Source of the DNA: Candidatus Binatia bacterium | Lineage (GTDB): Bacteria; Desulfobacterota; Binatia; HRBIN30 | Length of the DNA: 64,000 bases | Direction: 5' to 3' | NCBI GenBank assembly: GCA_038245295.1 | Contig: JBBRSP010000031.1 | Coordinates: 1 to 64,000, forward strand | Shown: positions 26,629 through 37,800 of the stretch, piece after piece | Position numbering within the stretch: the stretch's first letter is position 1 | Layout of the letters: each line of letters begins with the position of its first letter | The notes under the pieces: generated by a model | Database searches by the model: none | What the model saw: only the letters and a program-made list of their open reading frames with translations | Told to the model about the DNA's origin: nothing | Position numbers and translations under genes: made by a program

Positions 26629-28908
26629 GTGAGATTACGGCGGGCAGTACGAATTGGTGGAGGGGTGGTTCTTGGGTTGGCGGTGCTCTTGCCCACGACG
26701 GGGCTGCTCCAGACCCCAGCGCTCGCCGCTCCCACCCCGCCCGTCGAGTTTATCGGCCGCCAGGCCTGTGCCCCGTGCCACAAGCCGGAGATCGAGGGTT
26801 ATGCCGGATCGCATCACGATCTGGCCATGCAGGTTGCCGACGCCAAGACTGTGCTGGGCAACTTCGACGGCGCCACCTTCGAGTACAACGGCCTCACGTC
26901 GACATTCACGAAGAAAAAAGACGGCTACTACGTTCGCACCGATGGCGCCGACGGCAAGCTGCACGACTTCCGCATCGCCTACACCTTCGGCATCGCACCA
27001 CTGCAGCAATACCTGATTCAGTTCCCCGATGGCCGGCTTCAGGCGCTCAGCATCTGCTGGGACACGCGGCCTAAGGATGCCGGCGGGCAACACTGGTTTC
27101 ATCTCTACCCGAACGACAAGGTCGACTACCGTGACGTTCTGCACTGGACCGGTCCGGCGCAGAACTGGAACTTCATGTGCGCCGAGTGCCACTCGACCAA
27201 CGTGCGCAAGAACTTCGATGCGACCAAGAACCGGTTCTCCACGAGTTGGTCGGAGCTCGACGTATCGTGTGAGGCCTGCCACGGGCCAGGTGCCAAACAC
27301 ATTGCTTGGGCGAAGCAGGCGAAGACGGATGGCAGTGCCGCAGACCCGATGCATGGTCTGCCGGTCAAGCTCAGTGTTGGCAGCGGCGTGTGGCAGTTCG
27401 ACGCCGAGCACCCGATCGCGCAGCTGTCCGATGCGCGCGATACGCGAGCCCAGATCGAGACCTGCGGTCGCTGTCACGCCCGGCGCTCGCAGATCAGCGA
27501 AGCCTACCGCTACGGCGAGCCGTTGGCTCAAACCCACGTCGTTTCCTTGCTGGATGAGGGCCTGTATCACGCCGACGGTCAGATTCTCGAAGAGGTGTAC
27601 GAGTACGGTTCGTTCCTGCAGAGCCGCATGTATGCGCGCGGGGTGACCTGCGGCGATTGTCACGATCCACACAGCGGCAAGTTGAAGGCCGAGGGCAATA
27701 CGTTGTGCGCGACCTGCCACCGCGCCGAGACGTACGACGTCGAGGCGCACCATCACCACCCGGCCGGCAGCACGGGCACAAGCTGCATCGGGTGCCATAT
27801 GTTGCAGCGCAACTACATGGTGGTGCATACGCGTCACGATCACAGCTTCCGCGTGCCGCGCCCCGATCTCGCCGCGTCTCTCGGTACGCCCGATACGTGC
27901 ACGTCCTGCCATCAAGGGCGCACGCCTGGCTGGGCCGCCGAGGCAATCGTGAAGTGGTACGGACCGACACGTGAACGTAGGCCATTCTATGCGCCGGCGT
28001 TGGCGGCGGGCCGACGGCAACAAGCCGGTGCCGAGACGTTGCTGACGGAGGTCGTCACGGATAATGCCATGCCAGCGCTCGTGCGCGCGACAGCCGTCGG
28101 ACTTCTAGGCCGCGGCGGCGACGGTGTTGCCGAGCGGATCCTTGGGAATCTCGGCGATGCGGATCCACTTGTGCGGCGTGCCGCGGTGGAGGCTTCGGCC
28201 AGTTGGTCACCGCAGCGACGCGTCCAGGCGGTGACGCCATTGTTGGCCGATCCGATTCGCACAGTACGCCTTGCCGCGGTCGACGCCCTGGCTGATGTGG
28301 CGGCCGCGGCACCGTTCAAGGACGAACAGCGCAAAGCGTTCAGCGCCGCGGTTGCCGAGTATCGCGACGTGCAGGCGTTGAATGCCGATCGCGCCGATTC
28401 ATGGCTCAACCTCGGGGCACTCGATGTGCGCCTTGGTAATCCGACGGCTGCCGAAGCGGCCTATCAGCGGGCCATCCGGGTGCAGCCGGATTTCATGCCG
28501 TCGTATGTGAACCTCGCCGATCTGTACCGTGGCCTTCAACGCGATGCGGATGGCGAACATACGCTGCGCCAGGCGCTGGCGCGGCAAGCGAATTCGGCCG
28601 ATGTTCACCACTCGCTCGGCTTGCTGCTCATCCGCCAGAAGCACAATGCCGAAGCCCTCGCGGAACTGGGCCGAGCGGCTGAGCTGGCGCCCGATGTGTC
28701 GAACTACGCGTATGTCTACGCGGTGGCGCTCGACGGCATGGGCCAACCGGCGCAAGCATTGCGCGTCCTCGAGCAAACCCATCAGCGCTTTACCGGCGAT
28801 CGCAACGTGCTGTCGGCCCTGATGCAATTTGCCGCCAAGGCGGGTGACAACGAGGGCGCGGCGCGTTGGGGGCAAGAGTTGCAGAATCTCGACGGCGGTC
28901 AGCCGTAG
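26629..28908 (+). CDS. Multiheme (8 CxxCH) c-type cytochrome with HEAT and TPR repeats
   Basis: CAPCH, CAECH, CEACH, CGRCH, CGDCH, CATCH, CIGCH and CTSCH, then DPLVRRAAV (HEAT) and TPR-like helices. GTG start after GGAG. Confidence 0.9.
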   Translation: MRLRRAVRIGGGVVLGLAVLLPTTGLLQTPALAAPTPPVEFIGRQACAPCHKPEIEGYAGSHHDLAMQVADAKTVLGNFDGATFEYNGLTSTFTKKKDGYYVRTDGADGKLHDFRIAYTFGIAPLQQYLIQFPDGRLQALSICWDTRPKDAGGQHWFHLYPNDKVDYRDVLHWTGPAQNWNFMCAECHSTNVRKNFDATKNRFSTSWSELDVSCEACHGPGAKHIAWAKQAKTDGSAADPMHGLPVKLSVGSGVWQFDAEHPIAQLSDARDTRAQIETCGRCHARRSQISEAYRYGEPLAQTHVVSLLDEGLYHADGQILEEVYEYGSFLQSRMYARGVTCGDCHDPHSGKLKAEGNTLCATCHRAETYDVEAHHHHPAGSTGTSCIGCHMLQRNYMVVHTRHDHSFRVPRPDLAASLGTPDTCTSCHQGRTPGWAAEAIVKWYGPTRERRPFYAPALAAGRRQQAGAETLLTEVVTDNAMPALVRATAVGLLGRGGDGVAERILGNLGDADPLVRRAAVEASASWSPQRRVQAVTPLLADPIRTVRLAAVDALADVAAAAPFKDEQRKAFSAAVAEYRDVQALNADRADSWLNLGALDVRLGNPTAAEAAYQRAIRVQPDFMPSYVNLADLYRGLQRDADGEHTLRQALARQANSADVHHSLGLLLIRQKHNAEALAELGRAAELAPDVSNYAYVYAVALDGMGQPAQALRVLEQTHQRFTGDRNVLSALMQFAAKAGDNEGAARWGQELQNLDGGQP

Positions 28909-29082
28909 GTAGATCGACTCGGACGGAGGGCGGAATGGTCGGCGTCGCTCCGCCTCAGGCGCCTTTAAGTGTTTGATCGTTATACACAGGCAGGAGCAGG
29001 CTTCAGCCCGCGGAGTGCTCCAACAGTGATGGAATCCAAGCCTGACGCGAGGATTCGCTGCCAACGCTGGGTGTTGTTACAC

Positions 29083-29112
29083 AAAGAGCCCGGGAAGGTC
29101 CCGGGCTCTTTT
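29083..29112. terminator. Bidirectional intrinsic terminator
   Basis: AAAGAGCCCGGG-AAGGT-CCCGGGCTCTTTT between convergent genes. Confidence 0.85.
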
Positions 29113-29150
29113 GTGTGAACTGGATGCGTTGAAGGGTACTGCCGAGCGGG

Positions 29151-32100
29151 TTACGGACAACCATCGATCGCGGCGATCACGGCACGGATGATCTCCTCCG
29201 TTGTGATCGAGCCATCACCGTTCACATCACCCGCCAGACAAGCGCTGATAGGCTTCTCTTCGAGGGCGATGTTTACCATCAGGATAACCTCGTCGACGGT
29301 TACTTGACCGTTCATGCCACAGTCGCCGGGGCAGACCGGAAGTACCGTCGGCGTCGCGGTCGGGGTGGCTTCCGGCGTCGGTGTTTCCGTGGCGGTGGCG
29401 GTGGCGGTGGCCGGTGGTGTCGGAGTTTCCGTTGGCGTCACGGTGGCCGTCGGGCTTGCCTGTGTCGGTGTTTCGGTGGCGGTCTGAGTCGGGGCCTCGG
29501 TTGGCGTTTCCGTCGGTAGCTCGGTTGCTGTTGCGACGGGGACTGGTGTTTCGGTTGGCTCCGCGGTCACCGTATGCGTCGCCTCGGCGACCGGCGTCAC
29601 GGTCGGCGTTAGTTCCACCACCGGTGTTTCAGTTGGGACCGCCGTCTCCGTCGGCACCGGCGTTGCAGTGCTGGTTGGCTCCGCCGTTGGCGTCTCGGTT
29701 GGCGCGGCGGTTTCGGTCGCGGTCGGTGCGGTCGTTGGTGTGTCGGTCGCCGTCCCGGTCGCCGTGTTCTGCGGCGTCGGAGTGGCGGTCGTCGTGGCGG
29801 TTGCGACGGCGGTTGGTGTCTCCGTAACGGTGGCCGTGATTGTCGGTTCAGGCGTGGCCGTATCCGTTGCGGTTGCCGTCGGTAACGGTAGCGGCGTGTC
29901 GGTTGGTGTCAGTGTCGGCTGTGGCGTCGACGTGTCGGTCGGAATCGGCGTCGCCGTCGGGGTGTCCGTCGGGGTTTCGGTCGGCGTATCCGTCGGCGTA
30001 GCGGTATGCGTCGGGGTAGCCGTTCGTGTCGGTGTCTGCGTCGGTGTGGCGGTTTCTGTCGGTGTCGGCGACGGGCGCTGGACCGCTCCATTGGCGACCA
30101 GACGCAACGTCCTCACCGAATCTCCCGTGTTCGCGAGGTTGCCAAAGGTGGCGACTAGTTCCAGGCCGGAGAGATCCGGCGGGTTCTGAGCCAGCTCTGA
30201 ACAGGCGATCAAGGGTAGTCCCATCTCGGCGAATGGTCCGATGTTGGTGCCGTTCTGGAAGTTGGCGTTGATCACTTCGGCATTGGCGCCGCCGGTGGTG
30301 AAGTCGACGGTTTGCGGCACGCCGCGCTGCGTCGGTGTGTCATTGATCGTGCAGAAATTAGCCGCACAGGCCGACGCGCTGTGGCCGGTTGCGATGGCCG
30401 CGAGCAGGCGTGCGGAGCCTTGCGGGCCGGTGCCGCTTGTCGTCACGGCTGACGGCACCGGTGTCCGCAGGGTGCAATCCGGCGGATTGGCGCAGCCTCC
30501 TGCATCAACGAGCGTATCGACGTCGATGTTGGTCAGGCCATCGGTGCCGCAGCCGAAGGTCCCGGCAGCGGAGAGTGTCGGGCCGAAGACATCAGCGCAT
30601 GGCTTGCTGTCCGGGCAACTGGCGCTGCCGGCGAACTCGTCGTTGCATTGTTGTGAGGGCGAGCCGTCCTGGTTGTAGAGGGTTCCACCACAGGTCTTGA
30701 GATTGACGGCGCGCACGCAGCTGCAGCCATCGGCGAGATCGACCGGGTTGAACTGGGCCTGGAAGGCGCGAATAACAAACGGGCGGCTGCCGTCGGCGCT
30801 AGGTTTGCCGACGACCAGAACTTGCGAGCCATGCAGGGCCGCGGCGCTGGCGCCACCCTGCTCGTGCGACGCCAGATGGCTGTCCGGCACGAGGTTCATC
30901 GTTACTTCCGTTTCGAGGGTGCAGTTGGCGGCGCAACCATCGCCACCGACGGGTTTGCAATGGATGCAGCGGCTGCCGGGGCATTCGCTGTTGTCGGCAC
31001 ACTCGTAACCGGCTTTTGGCCCGGCTTCGCAGGCGCCGTTGCCGATGCAGAGTGAGTCGGTGGTGCAGAGATCGCCGGCGTTGAGGCCGCCGACGCAGAT
31101 GCCGCCGTCATCACATTCTTCGCCTGGGTCGAGCACAGCGTTGCGGCAGAGCAGGGGGCCGAGTGGTGTCGGCGTATTGGTTGCCGTCGCCGTGTTGGTC
31201 TGCGTGCGCGTCGGCGTGCCGGTGCGCGTGTCGGTAGCTGTGGCCGTCGCGGTCGCCGTGGCGGCGGAGGTTTCAGTCGGTGTCGAACTCTTCGTCGGTG
31301 TCGCCGAGGTGGTGAACGTCGCAGTTTGTGTGGCGCTGGGGCTCGGTGAAGCGGTCTGCGTCACCGACGCCGTGGCGCTCGGCGTGCTGGTATGTGTCGC
31401 CGTCTCGGTCGCCGTCGGAGTGGCTGTGTCGGTTGGTGTCGTCGACGCAGTCGCGGTCCGTGTCTCGGTTGAAGTGTGAGTCGGCGTCGCCGTATCCACC
31501 GGCGTCGCCGTCGGGGTGTTTGTCGGCGTCGTCGTGGCTGTGCTGGTGGCGGTATCTGTCGCAATCGGTGTGGCGCTCGGTGTGGCCGTTTCCGTCGCCG
31601 TCGGTGTCGGCGTGTGTGTTGGCGTTTCCGTATGTGTCGGTGTTTGCGTCGGCGTGTCGGTGACCGTGGCCGTCAGTGTTGGCGTATTGGTTGGCGTGTA
31701 CGTCAAAGTCGGGCTCGACGTCGGGGTGTCGGTTACCGTCGCTGTCGGCGTTGCCGTAGTTGTCGAGCTAGGCGTGAAGGTATTCGTCGCGGTATTGGTC
31801 GCGGTGCGACTTGGCGTCTGCGTTGCGGTCGACGACGGGGTCGCGGTCCCGGTTTGAGTCGGTGTGCCGATGCTCGGCGGGAAGTCGATACGTCCAATGC
31901 GGTTGGTGAAGGATTCAGTGATCCAGAAGTTCCCATCCGTCCCCGTGGCTAATCCGTAGAATCGCGGATTCGGAAATCCGGCCTTCGGTGCCACGGCGAT
32001 GGTGAACTCTGAGATGGTGTTGGGCGCGTTGACGAGGATGCGGCTCAAATGGTTGCCGCTGCCCTGCGTGTACCACAGGTTGCCGTCCGGCCCGCTGATG

Positions 32101-32906
32101 ATGATGGTCGGGTTCGTCGAGAACGTTGGCATGGTGAATTCGGTGATCGTCCCGCTTGGCGTGATGCGACCGACCTTGCCGCTCTCGAGGAACCACAGAT
32201 TGCCGTCCGTTCCTTTGGTGATGCCGGTCGGCGCGCTGCTCAAGGTTGGGATCGTAAACTCGGTGATAACCCCGGCGGTGGTCATACGCCCGATGCGGTT
32301 TCCCATCTGTTCAGTGAACCACAGGTTGCCGTCCGGGCCGGTGACGATCGAGTTCGGTTTGCTGTTGGCCGTCGGCAGGGAGACCTCGGTGATCGTATTG
32401 GGCGCGTTGACAAGGATACGCCCGATCTTGTTGCCGCCAGCCTCGGTGAACCACATGTTCCCCTCGGGACCGGCGGTGATGCCGTTGGGGAAGCTGGAAC
32501 CGGTGGGAATCGAAAATTCCGTGACTGTTCCAGATGTTGTGATGCGGCCGATCTTGCCGACCGATTGCTCGGTGAACCACAGGTTGCCGTCCGGCCCAGC
32601 GGCGATGCCGGTTGGCGTGCTACCGGCGCTCATCACCGGGTAGTTGGTGATGCTACCGGCGGTGGTGATGACACCAATGGCGTTGCCGGTGCTCTGCGCG
32701 TACCATAGATTGCCGTCCGGACCGCTGACGATTTCGCGCGGTTCGAAGGCCCCCGCGAGGGGGTACTCGGTCGCGGGTACCTGCGCGTGAGCCCGTTGAA
32801 CCCCGATCAGCGCAACGAACGAGAGCGCGATTGTGAAGAGTAGACACTGCCGATTCAGGCGAATCGGACGATGAAGACACGGATATCGGTGAGGGGAGAC
32901 GCCCAT
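29151..32906 (-). CDS. Secreted protein: Vgb-like beta-propeller, Thr/Pro linkers, Cys-rich central domain, C-terminal dockerin-like module
   Basis: About 7 G(P/T)DGN(L/M/F)W repeats, [15 protein letters not shown], and terminal [15 protein letters not shown]...[13 protein letters not shown]...GCP. The start is uncertain (32906 or 32933); the ORF extension to 33371 overlaps the MFS gene. Confidence 0.82.
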   Translation of the reverse strand: MGVSPHRYPCLHRPIRLNRQCLLFTIALSFVALIGVQRAHAQVPATEYPLAGAFEPREIVSGPDGNLWYAQSTGNAIGVITTAGSITNYPVMSAGSTPTGIAAGPDGNLWFTEQSVGKIGRITTSGTVTEFSIPTGSSFPNGITAGPEGNMWFTEAGGNKIGRILVNAPNTITEVSLPTANSKPNSIVTGPDGNLWFTEQMGNRIGRMTTAGVITEFTIPTLSSAPTGITKGTDGNLWFLESGKVGRITPSGTITEFTMPTFSTNPTIIISGPDGNLWYTQGSGNHLSRILVNAPNTISEFTIAVAPKAGFPNPRFYGLATGTDGNFWITESFTNRIGRIDFPPSIGTPTQTGTATPSSTATQTPSRTATNTATNTFTPSSTTTATPTATVTDTPTSSPTLTYTPTNTPTLTATVTDTPTQTPTHTETPTHTPTPTATETATPSATPIATDTATSTATTTPTNTPTATPVDTATPTHTSTETRTATASTTPTDTATPTATETATHTSTPSATASVTQTASPSPSATQTATFTTSATPTKSSTPTETSAATATATATATDTRTGTPTRTQTNTATATNTPTPLGPLLCRNAVLDPGEECDDGGICVGGLNAGDLCTTDSLCIGNGACEAGPKAGYECADNSECPGSRCIHCKPVGGDGCAANCTLETEVTMNLVPDSHLASHEQGGASAAALHGSQVLVVGKPSADGSRPFVIRAFQAQFNPVDLADGCSCVRAVNLKTCGGTLYNQDGSPSQQCNDEFAGSASCPDSKPCADVFGPTLSAAGTFGCGTDGLTNIDVDTLVDAGGCANPPDCTLRTPVPSAVTTSGTGPQGSARLLAAIATGHSASACAANFCTINDTPTQRGVPQTVDFTTGGANAEVINANFQNGTNIGPFAEMGLPLIACSELAQNPPDLSGLELVATFGNLANTGDSVRTLRLVANGAVQRPSPTPTETATPTQTPTRTATPTHTATPTDTPTETPTDTPTATPIPTDTSTPQPTLTPTDTPLPLPTATATDTATPEPTITATVTETPTAVATATTTATPTPQNTATGTATDTPTTAPTATETAAPTETPTAEPTSTATPVPTETAVPTETPVVELTPTVTPVAEATHTVTAEPTETPVPVATATELPTETPTEAPTQTATETPTQASPTATVTPTETPTPPATATATATETPTPEATPTATPTVLPVCPGDCGMNGQVTVDEVILMVNIALEEKPISACLAGDVNGDGSITTEEIIRAVIAAIDGCP

Positions 32907-32977
32907 AGAAGAGTTGACTACTACGCCCCACATCCGGGGGTCAATATGGCAAAACGCTGTAAGTCTTAAGGATTGTT

Positions 32978-34126
32978 TCAGTGTTTCTGATTGACGAGGC
33001 GCTCGAGGCGTAGGGCGGCGGGTAGGGCGAGGGCGACGATGAGGGCCTCGACGCCGAACAGGCCGCGTGTGCCAATCCGATCGACCAGGGCGCCGGCCAT
33101 GATCAGGCCCGCCGAAGCGCCGATGCCCCAACTGATTGCTCCATAGATGGCCTGGCCGCTGGTGCTGCGTTCCGCCGGGACGAGTTGCGGCAGCAGGCGC
33201 ATCGTGGCCAGGTGAAAGGCGGCAAACGAGAAGGCGTGCCCAAGTTGCAGTAGGACGACAACTGACTCCTGGGTAGCGACGGCCGTTGCGGCCCAGCGTA
33301 CTGTCGTGATCAGCAAGGAAACGGTGATCAGGCGCGCCGGGGAGACGCGTTCGAGGATCTGCCGTCCCCAATAGAGCAAGCCGACCTCAACAATGACCGC
33401 TAGAGCCCAGGTGATTCCAGGGATGGCGTCAGAGAATCCCAGACGGCTGACGTGGAGAGCAAAGAAGCCACCCCAAGCGCCCGAGCTGACTTGCAGCAGG
33501 AGAGAGGCGGTGATGAGGGCGCGCACCGGCGGTGTCAGGAGCTTCCATGGCGCGCTGAAGCGCGTCGACATGGGTGCCTGGCCGCGCGGCAATCCGTAGA
33601 TCGGCACGAGGAGGACCAGGGCCGGGATCAACAAAAGAATCGGCACCACCTTGGCCGAGCCGAGGTGAATCAGTGGCGCGCTCACGAGCGCCGCCGCGAT
33701 GAAGCCAATCGATCCCCACATACGCAAGCGACCATAGTTGCCGCCCAGTTGGTCGAGGTGATCGAGGACGGTTGCGTCCAGCATCGGCATGATCGTGCCT
33801 TGCATTAGTCCGAGCAACCCCAGGTCGAGCAGCAGCGGCCAGAATCCGGTCAGGAACAGTAACGGGAAAAAGAAGAGGCTGCCGGCTGCCGTCGCGACCA
33901 TCATCACCGGGTGGCGAATCCGCCAGCGATCGGCAACGCTAGCCCAAGCAAGAGCCCCGACCCACCGCAGAGCCGGTTGGCAGCCAATCAGTAGGCCAAT
34001 CTCCCAGCCGCTCAAGCCGAGGTCGGACAGGAAGCGCGGGAAATACGGCGCCCACACCCCCGGGCCGAAGAGGATGACGGCATAGGCGACGATGACCGCC
34101 AAACGTGGGCGTCGATTTGATTCCAT
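32978..34126 (-). CDS. MFS transporter (HcaT/MFS_1-like)
   Basis: About 12 hydrophobic segments and [12 protein letters not shown]. Confidence 0.88.
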   Translation of the reverse strand: MESNRRPRLAVIVAYAVILFGPGVWAPYFPRFLSDLGLSGWEIGLLIGCQPALRWVGALAWASVADRWRIRHPVMMVATAAGSLFFFPLLFLTGFWPLLLDLGLLGLMQGTIMPMLDATVLDHLDQLGGNYGRLRMWGSIGFIAAALVSAPLIHLGSAKVVPILLLIPALVLLVPIYGLPRGQAPMSTRFSAPWKLLTPPVRALITASLLLQVSSGAWGGFFALHVSRLGFSDAIPGITWALAVIVEVGLLYWGRQILERVSPARLITVSLLITTVRWAATAVATQESVVVLLQLGHAFSFAAFHLATMRLLPQLVPAERSTSGQAIYGAISWGIGASAGLIMAGALVDRIGTRGLFGVEALIVALALPAALRLERLVNQKH

Positions 34127-34227
34127 TCAACCTTTGCCTAAGCCAGTGCCCGTGCCTTGGTGTTGTTGGCTCTAAATAGGCAAAGGCACCGGCATAGGCA
34201 TAGGCTTGGAAGGGGAGAATCCGACAG

Positions 34228-34653
34228 ATGACGAAACTGACTACAGGCTGCACGGCCGAGAAGACGTTCCTCGTCACCCACGAAATTACCGCCGCGGCAC
34301 TGATGGCGCGTGACATGCCGGGCGAAGCACCGCTGCCGGCCGTGTGGTCGACGCCCGACATGATCGCCAAGATGGAAGTCGTGTGCGCTGCCCTGGTGGC
34401 GCCGCTGCTCGAGGACGGGCAGATGAGCGTTGGAGCGCGCAACGAGATCAGCCATCTGGCCCCGACCCCCGAAGGGGAAACGGTGCGAGTCCGGGTGCAA
34501 CTCGACACCATCGACGGCCGCAAGCTGACTTTCACCGTCGCCGCGTTCGACACGAAAACCAAGGTCGGTGAGGGGACGCATGTTCGCTTCGTCGTCAATC
34601 GCGAAGGTTTCGAGAAGCGGCTCCGAGAGCGCCGGCCGGATGGCGGATCGTAA
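34228..34653 (+). CDS. Hot-dog fold thioesterase (FlK-like)
   Basis: VWSTPDMIAKME, SVG...HLAPTP, VGEGTHVRFVV. Confidence 0.85.
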   Translation: MTKLTTGCTAEKTFLVTHEITAAALMARDMPGEAPLPAVWSTPDMIAKMEVVCAALVAPLLEDGQMSVGARNEISHLAPTPEGETVRVRVQLDTIDGRKLTFTVAAFDTKTKVGEGTHVRFVVNREGFEKRLRERRPDGGS

Positions 34654-34804
34654 GTCGGAGCGCGCCACTACCGTGGCGCCCAGTGGTGGCCATCACCTGT
34701 GGGATCGATCTTTGGGCGTCATGGAGTGGCCCGCGCTCCGGTTTAGAGGATACCTATTGGCATCCCGCTGAGGCGGTGGTACGAGGTTCGCTCAATTTTC
34801 GCCA

Positions 34805-37800
34805 ATGCATACTGTACGCTTTCATCCCCTGGTCGCGGATTGGTTCAAGGCACGCTTCGGCGAGCCGACGCCGGCGCAGGTGCAGGGTTGGAAGCACATC
34901 TCGACCGGCCGCGACACGCTGATCGCCGCGCCAACCGGTTCCGGCAAAACGCTGGCGGCGTTCTTGTGGGCGGTCAATCTGCTCATCGAACGCGCCGCGA
35001 CGGGGACCCTCGAGGATCGTACCTCGGTGGTTTACGTCTCGCCGCTCAAAGCTCTCGCCAACGATATCCAGAAGAATCTGCGCCAGCCGCTGGCGGAGTT
35101 GCAGGACTTGGCCTTCCAGCGTGGCATCCTCATGCCGGAGATTCGAGCCGCCGTGCGCACCGGCGATACGCCGACCAGCGAGCGCCAGGCGATGTTGAAA
35201 CACGCGCCGCACATTTTGATCACCACGCCCGAGTCGTTCTTCATTCTCCTCACCGCCGACAAGAGCCGGCGTATGTTGGCGCGCGCCGAGACGATCATCG
35301 TCGACGAAATTCACGCGGTGGCTGCCGACAAGCGTGGCGCGCATCTGTCGTTATCCCTCGAACGTTTGGATGCCCTCGCGACGACGCGCCTGCAGCGCAT
35401 CGGCTTGAGTGCAACGCAGAAACCCATCGAGGAGATTGCCCGCTTGTTGGTCGGCACCGATCGGCTGATTCTCGGCGGCTTGCCGGATTGCGCCATCGTC
35501 GACACCGGCCACCAACGCAAGCTCGATCTGCGTATCGAGATTGCGGATCACGAGCTCGGCCCAATCGCGCCGCTCGAATTGTGGGGCGACATTTACGAAC
35601 GCATCGTCGAGCTCAGTCGAGAGCACCGTACGACGATCGTTTTTGTCGGGACGCGCCGCCTCGTCGAGCGTGTGTCGCATCAGCTGAGTGAGCGCCTCGG
35701 TGCCGACAAGGTCGCGGCGCACCATGGCAGCATGTCGCGACAGACGCGGTTGCATGCCGAGGAGGGCTTGAAGAGCGGCGCCATTCCGGTGGTTGTCGCG
35801 ACCGCCTCCCTCGAGCTCGGCATTGATGTGGGCCACGTCGATCTCGTCTGTCACATCGGTGCGCCGCGAGCGATTGCGACGTTCTTGCAGCGCGTCGGGC
35901 GCTCTGGTCACTGGCTCGGCGGTATTCCCAAGGGCATCTTGTTTCCGCTGACGCGTGACGATCTCATGCAGGCGGGAGCACTGATCCGCGCGATTCGTGC
36001 CGGCGAGCTTGACCGCATCACGCTGCCGGAGCATCCGCTCGACATCGTGGCGCAGCAGATCGTCGCCATCGCCGCCTGCGAGACGATCGACGAAGCGGAC
36101 CTGTGGCAGTTGGTGCAGCGCGCCTATCCGTTCCGCAACCTGACGCGTAAGGACTTTGAAGATGTTCTGGTCATGTTGTCCGATGGCGTTTCGACGCGTC
36201 GCGGCCGGCGCTCGGCGCATCTGCACCGGGATGCCGTCAACCATACGGTCAAGGGGCGGCGCGGCGCGCGGCTGGCGGCGATCACCAGTGGCGGCGCGAT
36301 TCCTGATACCGCTGATTTCGACGTTGTCGCCGAGCCTGATGGTATCTTCGTCGGCAAGGTGAACGAGGACTTCGCCATCGAAAGTATGGCCGGCGACATC
36401 TTCCTGCTCGGCAATCACTCGTGGCGAATCCGTCGTGTCGAGTCGGGCAAGGTGCGTGTCATCGATGCCGAAGGGGCGCCGCCGACGATTCCCTTCTGGT
36501 TGGGGGAATCACCGGGCCGCACCATCGAGCTGTCTGCCGCCGTCGCCGAATTGCGTCAGGCGGTAGCGGAGCGGCGCAACAATCTTGCCGAAGCCGTTCA
36601 GTGGTTGAAGGATGAATGCTCGATGGATGATTCGGCGGCGGCGCAGATTGTTGCGTATGTTGCCGACACGTTTGCCATGCTCGGCGCCGTGCCGACGCAG
36701 GATACGGTGATCGCCGAGCGCTTCTTCGATGAAGGTGGCGGCATGCAGTTGGTGATCCACGCGCCCTTCGGGGCGCGCATCAATCGCGCCTGGGGCCTGG
36801 CGTTGCGTAAACGCTTTTGCCGCAGTTTCGATTTCGAGTTGCAGGCGGCGGCCACCGATGACGGTATGGTGCTGTCGCTTGGCGAGCAGCATAGTTTCCC
36901 ACTCGAGTCGGTGTTCGCCATGGTGCGTCTCGCCAGTGTCGAGGAGGATCTCGTGCAGGCGGCGCTGCAGGCGCCGATGTTCGGCACGCGCTGGCGTTGG
37001 AATGCGACCCGCGCCCTGGCGCTGCTGCGCTTCGGCGGCGGCAAGAAGGTCCCACTGCAGTTGCAACGCATGCGTTCCGAAGACTTGTTGGCCGCCGTTT
37101 TCCCGATGCAGCTGGCCTGTGGCGACAATCACGCCGGCGGTAACATCGAGCCGCCCGATCATCCGTTGGTAAACGAAACGGTGATCAATTGTCTGCAGGA
37201 AGCGATGGACCTGCGCGGCTTGCGCGGCATTCTCGAGCGTTTGGACAGCGGGCAGATCCGCACCGTATCGGTCGACACCCCGGCACCGTCGCCGATGTCG
37301 CACGAAATCCTCAACGCCAACCCGTATGCCTTCTTGGATGATGCACCGCTCGAGGAGCGGCGTGCCCGCGCCGTGTCGCTGCGCCGCGTCGATCCCGACA
37401 TCGCCTCCGGCATTGGCTCCCTCGATGATGCCGCGCTGGCGACGGTGCGTGAGCAGGCGTGGCCGGATGTGCGCGATGCGGACGAATTACACGACGTCTT
37501 ACTGAGCCTCGGCCTGTTGCCGCTCGCTGAGTTGCCCCCAGCTTGGGAAACCTTCCGCCAACAGCTGCTTACCGCACGCCGTGCAGCGACGGCGCAATGG
37601 AACGAACGCCACGCTTTAGTGGCCAGCGAACGCGTCGAAGCGCTCAAGCTTGCCGTGCCGTCGGTCACGTTCGATCCGCAGCCGCCGGCGCTCGTGGCCG
37701 TCGAGATGGACGACGAGACGGCGTTTCGCACCATCGTCCAAGGCTGGATGGACGTAGTCGGCCCGACAACGGTGCCGGCGCTCGCCGAACGCCTCGGCCT

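Noticed and set aside
28989..29062. Hammerhead ribozyme reading of the multi-stem fold
   Set aside because: The CUGAUGA and GAAA core is not present on either strand.
31880..32770. Virginiamycin B lyase (antibiotic resistance) call
   Set aside because: The repeats indicate only the propeller fold. Here it is part of a large secreted stalked protein, so resistance is not supported.
32907..33371. N-terminal extension of the 1406-aa ORF
   Set aside because: It overlaps the MFS gene in another frame on the same strand, and the signal peptide begins near 32906.
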